Source of the DNA: an uncultured Thermococci archaeon
Lineage (GTDB): Archaea > Methanobacteriota_B > Thermococci > Methanofastidiosales > B48-G16
Length of the DNA: 64,000 nt
Reading direction: 5' to 3'
Assembly: GCA_964595645.1 (NCBI GenBank)
Contig: CAZQQT010000001.1
Coordinates: 239,745-303,744 of the forward strand
Position numbers and translations under genes: made by a program. Numbering within the stretch: the stretch's first letter is position 1; each line of letters opens with the position of its first letter. Below the pieces are notes generated by a model, which saw only the letters and a program-made list of their open reading frames with translations, was not told where the DNA came from and ran no database searches. This document shows, in pieces, positions 39,290 through 48,843 of the stretch.

Positions 39290-39466
39290 ATGGAAGAGGA
39301 ACAGATCATTGAGCTCTTGAGAGAAAAGAGAAGAACGTATTTTGATCTAAAACGTGAGCTGGGAGTAGATTTCGGAAGGCTGGATTACTACCTTCTGAAA
39401 CTGAAAGACAAGGAAAAAATACGGGCCGTGAGAGAGGGCGGAGAAGTGTACTACACCCTGCGATAA
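39290..39466 (+). CDS. Small winged helix-turn-helix protein (58 aa)
   Basis: Below the ORF-track cutoff. MEEEQIIELLREKRRTYFDLKRELGVDFGRLDYYLLKLKDKEKIRAVREGGEVYYTLR*. TATA (tatttaaa) ~22 nt upstream. Confidence 0.75.
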   Translation: MEEEQIIELLREKRRTYFDLKRELGVDFGRLDYYLLKLKDKEKIRAVREGGEVYYTLR

Positions 39467-39496
39467 ACTATTTATTCATGAGATCTTACCTTTTTT

Positions 39497-40699
39497 ATGC
39501 ATGTTGATACAATATTCACCGCATCGGAACTGGCAACACCATATAACAGGTTGTTGAAGGGCACCGAGATGCGTGAGATCACTGTGATCAAAGAGGGAGC
39601 CGTTGCCGTTGAGCATGGGACAATTGTAGACTTCGGAAAGGAATGTGAGATACGATCCCGATATTCCGGCGAGATTATCGCCTTTGATGAGAAAACGATG
39701 CTTCCAGGATTTGTCGATCCCCATACTCACCTTGTGTTTTCTGGTACTCGGGAGGACGAACTGGTCATGAAACTTCAGGGAAAATCGTACCTCGAAATTC
39801 TTGAAGAAGGAGGAGGCATCCAGTATACAGTAAAAAGAACGAAAAATGCATCAAAATCTCGATTGAAAAAAGAAGCAAAAAAACGGCTGGATAGAATGCT
39901 GAAAAACGGGACGACCACTGTAGAGGCAAAGACTGGATACGGTCTCGATAGAGCGAGTGAGATAAAGTTGCTGGAGGTGTTGAACGAGCTGGATCATGAG
40001 ATTGATGTACTTCCCACCTTCCTCGTTCATGCGGTACCGGAGGGATATAGTGAAGAGGAATATGTAGATGAGTGTATCGCAATGCTTGATGAGATAAGGG
40101 GGGTTGCGGAGTTCGTGGATATTTTCTGCGAAGAAGGCGTATTTTCTGTTCCCGAGTCTGAACGGTTCCTCTCAACTGCAAAGAGAAAGGGATTTAATCT
40201 GCGCATTCATGCAGATGAGATCGAGCAGACGGGTGGAGCAGAACTGGCTGCACGGCTCAATGCAAAAAGTGCCGATCATCTTTTAAAAGCGTCTGATAGG
40301 GGGCTGCGGCAGATGGCTGAGAACGATGTGGTGGCAACGCTTCTTCCCGGAACACCGTTCTCCCTTTTCACAACATTTCCAGACGCACGGAGAATGATAG
40401 ATCTCGGGCTCCCTGTGGCACTGGCAACGGATCTCAACCCCAACTGCTACACAGAGTCACTGCAGTTCATCTTTGCCTTGGCGGTGTTCTCCATGAAAAT
40501 GTTTCCCGAGGAGTGTCTCTCCTCAGTACGGAATGCTGCCTACTCTCTGGATAGAAATCTTGGATGTATTGACACTGGAGTGGATGCCGATCTCGTGATA
40601 ATGGATATGCCCACCTACAGGCATCTAGGATACCATTTCGGTGTGAACTTGGTGAGCACTGTAGTAAAAAATGGAGATATCGTATGGGAAAGTATTTAA
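39497..40699 (+). CDS. hutI: Imidazolonepropionase
   Basis: PGFVDPHTH, GGGI, EAKTGYG, IFCE, IHADE, SADHL, ATDLNP. Confidence 0.93.
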   Translation: MHVDTIFTASELATPYNRLLKGTEMREITVIKEGAVAVEHGTIVDFGKECEIRSRYSGEIIAFDEKTMLPGFVDPHTHLVFSGTREDELVMKLQGKSYLEILEEGGGIQYTVKRTKNASKSRLKKEAKKRLDRMLKNGTTTVEAKTGYGLDRASEIKLLEVLNELDHEIDVLPTFLVHAVPEGYSEEEYVDECIAMLDEIRGVAEFVDIFCEEGVFSVPESERFLSTAKRKGFNLRIHADEIEQTGGAELAARLNAKSADHLLKASDRGLRQMAENDVVATLLPGTPFSLFTTFPDARRMIDLGLPVALATDLNPNCYTESLQFIFALAVFSMKMFPEECLSSVRNAAYSLDRNLGCIDTGVDADLVIMDMPTYRHLGYHFGVNLVSTVVKNGDIVWESI

Positions 40700-40721
40700 A
40701 CGATAAGATCAAAATCAGTAT

Positions 40722-40940
40722 ATGCGCATCTCAGAGTATTATGGACGGGATATATACAATAGCAAGGGGAACCATGTGGGAATTGTTAATGACGTGGTCC
40801 TCGACTTTAAAAAAGGAGAGGTCTTCGGTTTGGCCATCGGCCAGGAAAAGGGGGTAAAGAATATTGCAATACCGTTTAGGGATGTGCTCGCCATCGGAGA
40901 CATCGTGATTGTGAAGGCACAGCAGAGAAGGAAAGAGTAA
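40722..40940 (+). CDS. Single PRC-barrel domain protein
   Basis: YGRDIYNSKG..VG.V.DVV.D...IPFRDVLAIGDIVIV. Confidence 0.88.
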   Translation: MRISEYYGRDIYNSKGNHVGIVNDVVLDFKKGEVFGLAIGQEKGVKNIAIPFRDVLAIGDIVIVKAQQRRKE

Positions 40941-42239
40941 CTACTTTGTCGCTGTCCGAACATCACTGAACCGTATTAACGGTGCGATGATTCCCGTCCC
41001 TCGTATCTGTTCTTCACCTACGGCATCTATTTTTTCTAACAGGTCATAGATGGTACCAGAGATCATCAGGACACTCCCTCCAGTAACCTCTCCATTCTCT
41101 ACTCGAAAGGCGGGGTTTCCCACCACGGAAAACTCACCTGACTCGGGATTTGAGGAGTGGGCACCCTGGAATCCTTTGATATAGTATCCCTCTTCAATGT
41201 CGAAGACACCGCCTCCACCCTCAGCAATAATAATATTGGTTGGACTTATTCCTACAGTCCCCTTTGTAGGGTTTCTGGAGCCGTTGCCCGTACTTTTCTC
41301 TCCTGCGATTTTTCCCCAATAGGTATTCCAAAGGAACTGTTTTAGGACACCCTTCTCAATCAGCGGTGTTCTTTCCGTAGGAACACCCTCGGAATCACAT
41401 TTCATTGTTTTCATTCCGTTTGGGTAGAACGGATCGTCTTCTATAGTGAGATCTTTAGAAAATAGCTGAGCGCCCTTTTTCCCTGCGAGGAAGGACTTCT
41501 CCCTTACCACATTCTCTCCAAGCAGAGAAACAATCAGTGTGTGTCCGAGGAGATCCTCGAGGGCGTAGGGATGGAGTATAATGTTGCTCGGTCCGGATTC
41601 AGCTTTTTTTCTTTGTGTTGAGAGCTGTGCATCTCTTGCAGCGGGCTCTACTATCTCTTTCACGTTCAGATCCTTTTTTCTTGTGATATCGATTCCGAGA
41701 CAACCGGGTGTGACTCCTTCCTTTGTTTTCGCAATGAGATGGGTGTATCCAGCCAACCATGTGCCTCTCTCCGATACGTCGATCCCGTTGGTGGTTACAC
41801 AGTGTTTCTCGGAGATCTCCCTTCGCACACTGCAGGAGGCAGGGGTAATGCCCTCCGGTGTCCGATCGATGATCTCCTGACATGTGTCGATAACTTCCTC
41901 CACGGTCATTTTCTCTATTCCAGCATCGTACTCTTCTATCTCATGATATTTTCCGCGTCCTGGAAGTCCATGCCATCTTTTATCTTTTATATTTGCCTTT
42001 GCGGAGGAGTATACTTGCTTCACAGTGTCTTTAATGAATCTAGGATCGTTTGTGAATCCAAATCCTACCTGTGTATCTACAACGCCCCGGACGAATATGT
42101 TCGTATGGGCCACCCGTGTCGTTTTGGAGATCTCTCCCAGTTCTGCTTCCACGTCAATCATATCGTTCTGGTGAAGGAATACCTCCAGTTCGTCCAGCCC
42201 AAGTGTTTCACCGTAGGATAACACACGTGAAATTTCCAT
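40941..42239 (-). CDS. TldE/PmbA family protein
   Basis: DSEGVP, LIEKGVL, STGNG, NPESGEFS. Lacks HExxxH. Start set to MEISRV (42239). Confidence 0.9.
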   Translation of the reverse strand: MEISRVLSYGETLGLDELEVFLHQNDMIDVEAELGEISKTTRVAHTNIFVRGVVDTQVGFGFTNDPRFIKDTVKQVYSSAKANIKDKRWHGLPGRGKYHEIEEYDAGIEKMTVEEVIDTCQEIIDRTPEGITPASCSVRREISEKHCVTTNGIDVSERGTWLAGYTHLIAKTKEGVTPGCLGIDITRKKDLNVKEIVEPAARDAQLSTQRKKAESGPSNIILHPYALEDLLGHTLIVSLLGENVVREKSFLAGKKGAQLFSKDLTIEDDPFYPNGMKTMKCDSEGVPTERTPLIEKGVLKQFLWNTYWGKIAGEKSTGNGSRNPTKGTVGISPTNIIIAEGGGGVFDIEEGYYIKGFQGAHSSNPESGEFSVVGNPAFRVENGEVTGGSVLMISGTIYDLLEKIDAVGEEQIRGTGIIAPLIRFSDVRTATK

Positions 42240-42243
42240 TTGA

Positions 42244-43617
42244 TCACCCGAATATAATTGCTCCTTTTTTAAATCGTATCTTTGGCCCGCCTGAGGAGAC
42301 AAAGGCTTCCTGTCCCTTACCACATCTCCCTTGTCCAAATTCTATTTCTTTCCCTACCCCTGTGATGTATTTCAATGCGTCCACTGCCATTCCAGAGATA
42401 GAGGTATTCTTTATGGGATTTCCTACTTCTCCGTTGACGATCTCATACCCTTCCTGAATACCTACCTGGAATGAGGAGTTCAGCTGGGCCTGTCCACCTC
42501 GCAGATCAACGCAGTAGTACCCCTTCTCTATTCCTTCGAACAACTCTTCTTCCTCAAAGTTTCCCTTCTCAAAGTACGTATTTCTCATGCGTATGAGCGG
42601 TGAGCTTCTCCAGCTCTCAGCTCGGGCAGCACCCACAGGCGGCATATCTGTTTTTTTCGCATACTCCCTATTGGTAAGAAGTCCATTGAGAACAGAGTCT
42701 TTTATTATCTCAACCTTTTTCGCCTTCACACCTTCATCATCGTACACTGTGTTTCCGAACCCATTGGGAACAACGTTGTCAACCATAGTAATCGGAGGTT
42801 CCTCACTTGCTACTACCTCCCCTCTCTTCCCGTTGAATGATGAGGTTACTGTTAGATCTGCTTCAGAAAGATGGCCGAGCGCCTCGTGCGCGAGTACCCC
42901 TACAACTCGTGGCCCGAGTACACACTCAAAACTTCCCTGTTCCACCTCTTCTCCTTGAAGCTGCATCATTGTTCTATTCCCTGTCCTATTCACTATATTT
43001 TCATTTGTTTCTTCCTCAAAGTACTCGAATCCCTTTGTTACCGATCCGATCTCATCTCTCACCGAGGTGAGCTGCCGGTCCTTCTTTCCGGTAATCCAGC
43101 AGTAATTCCACACGTAGGAGACATTCTCGATAAGTTCCGTCCCTTCATTGGTATAGATGTATTTTTTTCCATCTCCGTCCCTATAGCTGACGGAGACTGC
43201 CTTAATGTTTGAACTGTACTCTTTGAATTTCTCATAAAGATCGGTCATTCTTCCGATTTTCTCTTCTACGGGTACGGAGGTTGGAGGTCTTTCCGTCTTT
43301 TTTGTTACAGTGTCCTGTACAGGAGGTACTGTTGCAAGTTTTATTTTGCTTTTTCTTTTTTTTGCCGCACATCTTGCGAGAGAAAACGCATCTTTCACAC
43401 CCTTCTGAATATTTCCAATGTTGCAGGACACAAACCCCCATGCGCCGTTTTTCAACACACGTATTGCGGCACCTAGTTCATTTTTTTGATTAAGTGTGTC
43501 AATACGACCATCAGTGAGTCCTATATATGTCAGATCGATGTCTTCTACCCGTATTTCACAGTAATCAGCGCCAAGATCGTCTCCGTGTGTGATTCCTTCT
43601 TTTATCGCGTGTTCCAT
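42244..43617 (-). CDS. tldD: TldD metalloprotease
   Basis: IRVLKNGAWGF, HEALGH, YDDEGV, RMRNTY, GRCGKGQ. Confidence 0.92.
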   Translation of the reverse strand: MEHAIKEGITHGDDLGADYCEIRVEDIDLTYIGLTDGRIDTLNQKNELGAAIRVLKNGAWGFVSCNIGNIQKGVKDAFSLARCAAKKRKSKIKLATVPPVQDTVTKKTERPPTSVPVEEKIGRMTDLYEKFKEYSSNIKAVSVSYRDGDGKKYIYTNEGTELIENVSYVWNYCWITGKKDRQLTSVRDEIGSVTKGFEYFEEETNENIVNRTGNRTMMQLQGEEVEQGSFECVLGPRVVGVLAHEALGHLSEADLTVTSSFNGKRGEVVASEEPPITMVDNVVPNGFGNTVYDDEGVKAKKVEIIKDSVLNGLLTNREYAKKTDMPPVGAARAESWRSSPLIRMRNTYFEKGNFEEEELFEGIEKGYYCVDLRGGQAQLNSSFQVGIQEGYEIVNGEVGNPIKNTSISGMAVDALKYITGVGKEIEFGQGRCGKGQEAFVSSGGPKIRFKKGAIIFG

Positions 43618-43677
43618 TCGATCACCAAAAGTAGGATTGTTGTGCTTTTTACTTCTTTCTGTCTCTAGAAAAAAGCG

Positions 43678-44052
43678 TTAAAGGAGGGTCAGCCCACCTA
43701 TGCCGATGGCAGCAGCGATGATTCCAACGATCACCTGAGCTATCACCATGAATATCCACGCAACTATTGCCTTACCCCAGGAGGTGGCGTACACGTATTT
43801 TATCACAGCTACTTGAGCCAAAACCCCTATTACAGTGCCTACTGTACCACCGATACTTCCTAAGAGGATTGCGAGTATGAGCATTAAGATAACTGCTAAC
43901 ACAGCATTTCCCAGTGTCCGTTTTCTCCTATCAACGCCTGCTACTTTCACGCCGAACCAGATAAAGAGCGATGCAATTACCAGCGCAAGAACAGCCACTA
44001 TAAGAGCGCCTACAAGACTAAGCCCTGCCAATCCTAAGAATCCAATTGCCAT
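43678..44052 (-). CDS. Small hydrophobic membrane protein
   Basis: About 4 TM helices and IKYVYATSWGKAIVAW. Confidence 0.7.
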   Translation of the reverse strand: MAIGFLGLAGLSLVGALIVAVLALVIASLFIWFGVKVAGVDRRKRTLGNAVLAVILMLILAILLGSIGGTVGTVIGVLAQVAVIKYVYATSWGKAIVAWIFMVIAQVIVGIIAAAIGIGGLTLL

Positions 44053-44130
44053 GATGGGTATTGGAACGATCTTTTAAAAAAGTATCGATAAAGAGAAAAG
44101 GTATTTATATCTCCAATTAAAGCTTTTTTC

Positions 44131-44883
44131 ATGCTGTTAAAAGAAATAGTGGCATATCTCGATGAGTTTCTCGATGTGAATGCCATCGATGACTCATGTA
44201 AAAATGGCCTTGAAATCGGTGGGAAGGAAGAAATAAAAAAGGGAGGATTTGCCGTCGATGCATGCCTGGAGAGTGCACAGAAGGCTGCACTTGCGAAATG
44301 TGATCTCTTGGTAGTACATCATGGGTTATTCTGGGAGAGTATTGGCGCCCTCACAGATCTGTTGTATAAAAGAATAAAAGAGATGATAAAGAACGATATT
44401 GCATTGTACGCCGCACATTTGCCCCTGGATATCCATCCCAAAGTCGGTAACAATGTACAACTGGCGAATTTACTCGATCTTTCAGTGGACAAAACATTCT
44501 GTGATTACAAAGGCCATGATATTGGCGTGATATGTGAGAATAAGACGAACTTTGACGAAATTTTGGATAGATTTCGGAGACATTTCCCTGTAAGGTACAT
44601 AAAGTGTACCGATACGGCAGAAAAGGTGGGAATCATCACCGGTTCAGGAGGGAGGGGGATTCCCGAGGCAGTAGAAAAAGGATGCGATACTTTTATTACA
44701 GGAGAGCTGCGGTACCAGGAATATCGGATGATCGACGAGTATGAGATAAACATCATCTGTGGCGGACACTACGCGACGGAACAGGGGGGTGTCAAAGCAC
44801 TCATGGATCATCTCCAGAAGAAATTTCCGATTGAATGTGAATTTCTAGATCTAAAGGAGATAGAATGGACAATGAAGAAATAA
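44131..44883 (+). CDS. Nif3-like dinuclear metal-centre protein (YbgI family)
   Basis: NGL, VHHGLFW, HLPLD.HP..GNN, ITGE, GHYATE. Confidence 0.93.
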   Translation: MLLKEIVAYLDEFLDVNAIDDSCKNGLEIGGKEEIKKGGFAVDACLESAQKAALAKCDLLVVHHGLFWESIGALTDLLYKRIKEMIKNDIALYAAHLPLDIHPKVGNNVQLANLLDLSVDKTFCDYKGHDIGVICENKTNFDEILDRFRRHFPVRYIKCTDTAEKVGIITGSGGRGIPEAVEKGCDTFITGELRYQEYRMIDEYEINIICGGHYATEQGGVKALMDHLQKKFPIECEFLDLKEIEWTMKK

Positions 44884-46487
44884 CGGAAATATTTTACGAG
44901 ATATCCAAGATTTTAGGATATAAAGGAGAAACGTTTAAGAGTAGAGCGTACCGACGTGCTGCACGAAATCTTGAAAGTATAGATGACCTACAGACGTACT
45001 ACGAAAACGATGAACTTGAAAGAATACCAGGGGTTGGGCGGCACCTCGCCAAAAAAATAAGGGAATACTTCGAAACAGGGAAGGTCTCCTACTTGGAAAA
45101 GGTAAAAAAAGAACTTCCAGAAGGAACGGAAGAACTCCTTTCAGTGCCCGGTATCGGTCCAAAAACGGCTTCACTCCTTCAGAAAGAACTTCATACCCAT
45201 TCATTAGATGATCTAGAAAAAGCGATAGAACATCATGAGATAATGAAGCTCAAGGGGGAAAAAACAGAAAAAAACATAGCGCACGGATTGAACCTTCTGA
45301 GAACAACGAGAAAGAAAATTCCTTTGGATGAAGCGTGCAATCTTGTAGAAGAAATCTCAGGTATTGTGGGAGAGTGCCGTGTTGCGGGGTCCTTCAGGAG
45401 GAGAAAGGAGACCGTCGGTGACCTCGATATTCTTGTTACTGACATCGATGAAGAAGTATTACAAGATTTTGAGATACTTGAACGTGGAGAAAGGAAGATT
45501 ACGACGCTCTATAAGCATGTGCAGGTGGATTTTCGGATAGTGAATGAACACGAGATGGGATCCTCTCTTCAGTACTTCACAGGGAGTAAAGGCCATAATA
45601 TAAAATTGCGGCGAATTGCACAAACTAAAGGCTACAAACTGAACGAATACGGTCTCTTCGAAGGAGATACGAGGATCGCTACGAGTGAGGAACGTATTTA
45701 TAACAAACTTGGGATGGACTGGATCCCTCCCGAGCTGAGAGAAAATAGGGGCGAGATGGAGGCAGCGTTAAAAGGTGAGCTTCCAGAACTGGTAAAGAAA
45801 GAGGATATAAACGGGGATCTGCATATACACTCAAAGTGGAGCGGCGATGGGATGGATACTATTGAAGATATAGTTAAAAAAGCAAAAGAATTAAGTTATG
45901 AATATATTGCTATTACAGATCATTCTCCCACCATCCCAGCACATATCGGTATGGATGAAGAAAAGTTCTACGAGCAGTGGGACATTCTAGAGAGTTACGA
46001 TACCGTTCTGAAAGGCGTGGAATGCGACATATTGAAGGATGGAACGTTGCGCTTTGATGACACCATCCTCAAAAAGGCCGATCTCGTGATTGCGTCCGTC
46101 CACGAGTACGTTCCCACCACAGACACAGTGCTCACGGCAATGGAGAATCCGCATGTGGATATACTTGGCCATCCAACGGGACGATTTATGGGAAGAAGCG
46201 AGGCGTACAATCTCGATATGGAAAAAGTATTTGCAAAAGCTGTAGAAACACGTACTGCTCTTGAAATAAACGCAAATCCAAGACGCCTCGATCTTCGGGA
46301 TTTTTACATTAAAAAAGCAAAGGAATATGGAGTAAAATTTTCTATCGGCACGGATTCGCATAGCGTTGATGATATGGAAAATATTATTTTTGGCATATAT
46401 AATGCACGCCGCGGCTGGACCGAGAAGAAAGATATTTTAAACTGTATGAGCTTAGAGGAGTTGAAGCGGTATGTTCATCGTGTTTGA
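44865..46487 (+). CDS. polX: DNA polymerase X / PHP 3'-5' exonuclease fusion
   Basis: HhH motifs (IPGVG, VPGIGPK), GSFRR, GDLDILV, VDFR, YFTGSK, LNEYG, PPELRE. PHP motifs DLHIH, ITDH, GHPTGR, TDSH. Confidence 0.93.
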   Translation: MDNEEITEIFYEISKILGYKGETFKSRAYRRAARNLESIDDLQTYYENDELERIPGVGRHLAKKIREYFETGKVSYLEKVKKELPEGTEELLSVPGIGPKTASLLQKELHTHSLDDLEKAIEHHEIMKLKGEKTEKNIAHGLNLLRTTRKKIPLDEACNLVEEISGIVGECRVAGSFRRRKETVGDLDILVTDIDEEVLQDFEILERGERKITTLYKHVQVDFRIVNEHEMGSSLQYFTGSKGHNIKLRRIAQTKGYKLNEYGLFEGDTRIATSEERIYNKLGMDWIPPELRENRGEMEAALKGELPELVKKEDINGDLHIHSKWSGDGMDTIEDIVKKAKELSYEYIAITDHSPTIPAHIGMDEEKFYEQWDILESYDTVLKGVECDILKDGTLRFDDTILKKADLVIASVHEYVPTTDTVLTAMENPHVDILGHPTGRFMGRSEAYNLDMEKVFAKAVETRTALEINANPRRLDLRDFYIKKAKEYGVKFSIGTDSHSVDDMENIIFGIYNARRGWTEKKDILNCMSLEELKRYVHRV

Positions 46488-47058
46488 AGGAATCGACGGA
46501 TCTGGACTGACGACACAGTCTCGTCTCTTAACAGAGTACCTACAGGAGAAAGGACATAAAGCATTTTTGACTAAAGAACCCACCACCAATATCATTGGGG
46601 GAGTCATCAGAAATATCTTAAAAGGTTCACCGGAGATAGGACAGGAGGCACTGGCTCTACTTTTTGCCGCTGATAGAAGTGAACATATGGAGATCATCGA
46701 GAACAAGCTTTCAGAGTCGTTTGTTGTCTGCGACCGATACTACTTCTCCAACTTTGCGTATCAAATGCTCCAGGTGGATCTTGCATATCTGATGGAGATC
46801 AATGCACCATTCCTCAGACCGGATCTCACCTTTTTTCTCGATGTTCCTCCTGCGGAGTGTAAACGACGGATCGATGAGAACAGAGATCACGTGGAGATCT
46901 TCGAACACCAGGAGACACTCGAGAGAATACGGGAAAACTATCTCAGAGTCATTGAGCTCTTCAAAGAGAAAGGATTCACCATTGTGACGGTAGATGGTGA
47001 CAAAAAAATAGAGAGTGTTCATGAAGAACTCATTACAGAGATAGAAAGATTTATTTAA
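46471..47058 (+). CDS. tmk: Thymidylate kinase
   Basis: FIVFEGIDGSG, LFAADR, CDRY, PDLTFFLD. Confidence 0.94.
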   Translation: MFIVFEGIDGSGLTTQSRLLTEYLQEKGHKAFLTKEPTTNIIGGVIRNILKGSPEIGQEALALLFAADRSEHMEIIENKLSESFVVCDRYYFSNFAYQMLQVDLAYLMEINAPFLRPDLTFFLDVPPAECKRRIDENRDHVEIFEHQETLERIRENYLRVIELFKEKGFTIVTVDGDKKIESVHEELITEIERFI

Positions 47059-47155
47059 TTTACTTATTCTATATAAAAATAGCTATGGTAGCAGTACATC
47101 CAATTGGACAGTAGTAGTCCAAAGATTTTTATATTAATATCCTTTCTCTTTTTCC

Positions 47156-47842
47156 ATGAGCAGACGAAGAGGCATGGATAGTAGAGCAGTTGCCAATGTT
47201 GGGATTTTTGCGGCGTTATACACGGTCACTGGCCTTATACCTGCCTTTCCCATCATCGGATCCTCACATACCATGAGTTTAAGTGAGGTCCTGAAACCGT
47301 TTAATGGGATCTTTTTAAGTCCATTTTATGGAACCTTGGCCACGGGCATTGGTGCATTTGTGCTTTCTTTAGTCCGCCCCTCGCTACCATTCGGTCCTGC
47401 TTATTTCCTTGTACCTGCAGTGGGGACGCTTCAGGCAGGCTTCCTCGCGTATCGCGAGTGGAAAAAAGGAGTACTTCTTCTGAGCATACTAATCGGTTTC
47501 TGGTATTTTTCTGACACAGGGAGGATTGTCTGGTACTACCCGTACCTTCACCTCGTTGCGGTGGTGCTTATTCTGATTACGGGAAGGATGCTCCCAAAGT
47601 TTTTACATTCACGATATGCAATCCTCTCCCTATTCATTATCTCGTTTTGCGCTACCCTGACCACCCATCTGTTGGGGAGTATATTTTTCCTCACTATGTA
47701 CTCACCATCGCCGAGTGTTTTCGAAAAAGTCATATTTATCTATCCTGGAGAGCGGATAATCTTCGCAGCGCTTTCCACACTTCTCTGTTATACCGTGCTA
47801 AAAGGTGATTATCTTGGTGGAGATAGATGGAAGTTACGGTGA
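47156..47842 (+). CDS. ECF transporter S-component (ThiW-like)
   Basis: IFAALY N-terminal helix, G..LSP.YG, multiple TM helices, YPGER. Substrate uncertain. Confidence 0.65.
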   Translation: MSRRRGMDSRAVANVGIFAALYTVTGLIPAFPIIGSSHTMSLSEVLKPFNGIFLSPFYGTLATGIGAFVLSLVRPSLPFGPAYFLVPAVGTLQAGFLAYREWKKGVLLLSILIGFWYFSDTGRIVWYYPYLHLVAVVLILITGRMLPKFLHSRYAILSLFIISFCATLTTHLLGSIFFLTMYSPSPSVFEKVIFIYPGERIIFAALSTLLCYTVLKGDYLGGDRWKLR

Positions 47843-48812
47843 GGGTGGAGGACAGATCCTCAGGACGGCCATAGCCCTCGCTTGTATCACAGGAATAAAG
47901 ACGCAGATCTTCAATATCAGAGCTCGTCGGGATCCTCCCGGACTTAAACATCAGCATCTCACCGCCCTCCTAGCTGCCGGTGATTTGTCCAACGCGTCGA
48001 TTGATGGTGCAGAGATCGGATCGCGGGAGGTACTGTTCAAACCGGGAGAGATCACACCAGGAGGGTACACGATCGATATCGGCACTGCCGGATCGATCAC
48101 ACTGCTTCTCCAGACGTTAATTCCCGTAGCCGCCTTTGCAGACGAAAAGGTTATTTTAAGGGTGAGGGGTGGAACGAATGTCCGATGGTCGCCCACGATC
48201 GAGTATTTTTCAGAGGTGTTCTGTCACTTTCTGAGGGAACTAGGAATTAATACTCACTTAAGTATTGAACGCTATGGATTTTACCCCAAGGGAGGAGGAA
48301 AAATCAAACTGGAGATTTTTCCTTGGACACAAAAGAAGAAGATAAATTTTACCTCGCGAGGAGAAAAAGATAGGATAAAAGCATTGAGTGTTGCCACCAC
48401 TCATTTAAGAGAGGCGAATGTGGCAGAACGGCAGGTAAAAGGATTCAGGCGAATTTTGTCATGCAAGAAGGATATTTCCTACGTAGATTCGTATTCGATT
48501 GGTTCTTCGATTACTGGAGTGGCGTACTTCGATCGTACGAGAGTGGGTAGCAGCTGCCTTGGAGAAAAAGGCAAAAGAGCGGAAATCGTGGGAAAAGAGG
48601 CTGCACAGACACTAAAGGAAGAGATGGAGTCAGATGCAGCACTGGATAGGTATATGGGCGATCAAATCATTCCCTACCTCGGGCTTACCCGGGGAGAAAT
48701 CACTGTATCGACAGTGACAAACCACCTGAAGACAAACGTATGGGTGACCGAGAATTTTCTCCCGGTGACCTTCTCGATAGAGAGGAATACTGTTCACGCA
48801 GTCAGAGAATAA
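47805..48812 (+). CDS. rtcA: RNA 3'-terminal phosphate cyclase
   Basis: IDGSYGEGGGQILR, PGLKHQH, GTAGS, GFYPKGGG, DQII, TNHLKTN. True start probably TTG 47814 or GTG 47817. Confidence 0.95.
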   Translation: MIILVEIDGSYGEGGGQILRTAIALACITGIKTQIFNIRARRDPPGLKHQHLTALLAAGDLSNASIDGAEIGSREVLFKPGEITPGGYTIDIGTAGSITLLLQTLIPVAAFADEKVILRVRGGTNVRWSPTIEYFSEVFCHFLRELGINTHLSIERYGFYPKGGGKIKLEIFPWTQKKKINFTSRGEKDRIKALSVATTHLREANVAERQVKGFRRILSCKKDISYVDSYSIGSSITGVAYFDRTRVGSSCLGEKGKRAEIVGKEAAQTLKEEMESDAALDRYMGDQIIPYLGLTRGEITVSTVTNHLKTNVWVTENFLPVTFSIERNTVHAVRE

Positions 48813-48843
48813 AGAAGAAATTTATATACTTACACCATGAGGG

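Noticed and set aside
39497-40699. hutI without hutH/hutU/hutG as a novel pathway
   Set aside because: The other hut genes may simply lie elsewhere in the genome; this cannot be judged from one window.
40941-43617. TldDE as part of a RiPP biosynthetic cluster
   Set aside because: No YcaO, radical SAM enzyme or precursor peptide adjacent. TldDE pairs are common archaeal housekeeping genes.
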